In this document: positions 63,365-64,000 of the stretch, piece after piece | Layout of the letters: the number at the start of each line of letters is the position of its first letter | Position numbering within the stretch: position 1 is the stretch's first letter | Source: Octopus vulgaris | Taxonomy: Eukaryota | DNA length: 64,000 nt | Assembly: GCA_951406725.2 (NCBI GenBank) | Contig: OX597820.1 | Coordinates: 30,814,001 to 30,878,000, forward strand | Direction: 5' to 3' | Notes under the pieces: model-generated | What the model was told of the DNA's origin: nothing | The model's input: the letters and a program-made list of their open reading frames with translations, nothing else | The model's database searches: none | Program-made: the position numbers and the translations under genes

Positions 63365-63750
63365 TCCATGCCGGTGGCATGTAAAAAGCACCATTCGAGC
63401 GTGATCATTACCAGTGTCGCCTTACTGGCCCTCCTGCCGGTGGTACGTGAAAAGACGTTCGAGTGAGGTCGTTGCCAGTGCTGCTGGTCTGGCTCTTGTG
63501 CAGGTGGCACATAAAAAACACCATTTGAGCGTGGCCGTTGCCAGTACCACCTGACTGGCCCTCATGCCGGTGGCCTGTAAAAGCACCTACTACACTCTCA
63601 AAGTGGTTGGCGTTAGGAAGGGCATCCAGCTGTAGAAACTCTGCCAGATCAGATTGGAGCCTGGTACAGCCATCTGGTTCGTCAGTCCTCAGTCAAATCG
63701 TCCAACCCACGCTAGCATGGAAAGCGGATGTTAAACGATGATGATGATGA
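63365..63750 (+). mobile_element. Family D element (probable RTE-LINE 3' UTR, 5'-truncated) with about four internal 64-66-bp units and a (GAT)n tail
   Basis: Repeated tgccggtggcacgtaaaaagcacc units, then ggttggcgttaggaagggcatccagc...gcatggaaagcggatgttaaacgatgatgatg. No tRNA head. Confidence 0.8.
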
Positions 63751-64000
63751 ATAGTTTCAAACTCTGACCACAGCGCTTGGCTAGTACTTATTTCAATGAT
63801 CCTGAAAGTTTGAAAGGTAAAGTTGACCCCAGTGATATATGAACTCAGAACATAAAGAGCCAGAAAAGATGTCATTAAGCATTTTGTCCATCGCACTAAC
63901 AAATCCATCATCATCATCAACAGCAGCAGTTCAAGAATTTGGACCTGGAGATCTCCATTTCCAGTGACTTCGAGGGCCACTTCCCAGTGGTGTCGGGCGT

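Noticed and set aside
63365-63600. CRISPR-like repeat-spacer appearance
   Set aside because: The spacers are homologous to each other, the array is part of a dispersed retroelement, there are no cas genes, and the context is eukaryotic.

Overview
Eukaryotic, AT-rich, repeat-dense animal DNA. The repeat families suggest a coleoid cephalopod, probably Octopus; this is an inference, not a database match. Two spliced protein-coding genes lie on the minus strand. (1) A two-exon gene of about 402 aa encodes an NAD(P)-binding epimerase/dehydratase (atypical/extended SDR) at 9069-8816 + 1661-707. It has an N-terminal signal-peptide-like segment and ends in KEEL, so it is a candidate ER-lumenal SDR. 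(2) ANKLE2/LEM4 has ten phase-consistent exons from 44031 to the stop at 21349; its 5' exon(s) could not be placed. The rest is intronic or intergenic DNA packed with tRNA-derived SINEs, 5'-truncated LINE ends (RTE, CR1/L2-group, R4/Dong-like), decayed Penelope-like elements, TTAA piggyBac-type MITEs, hAT MITEs with 8-bp TSDs, Helitron/Helentron-type elements, and Chapaev- and Sola-like transposase relics. The most notable observations are the ER-type SDR, a LINE 3' end sharing a covarying hairpin with the dominant SINE, tandemly amplified pseudoknot-like units in an RTE 3' UTR, hammerhead-like motifs with variant cores, and seven inverted repeats/palindromes. There is no evidence for CRISPR, rRNA or genuine tRNA genes. 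Coordinates were read by eye, so repeat boundaries are approximate.
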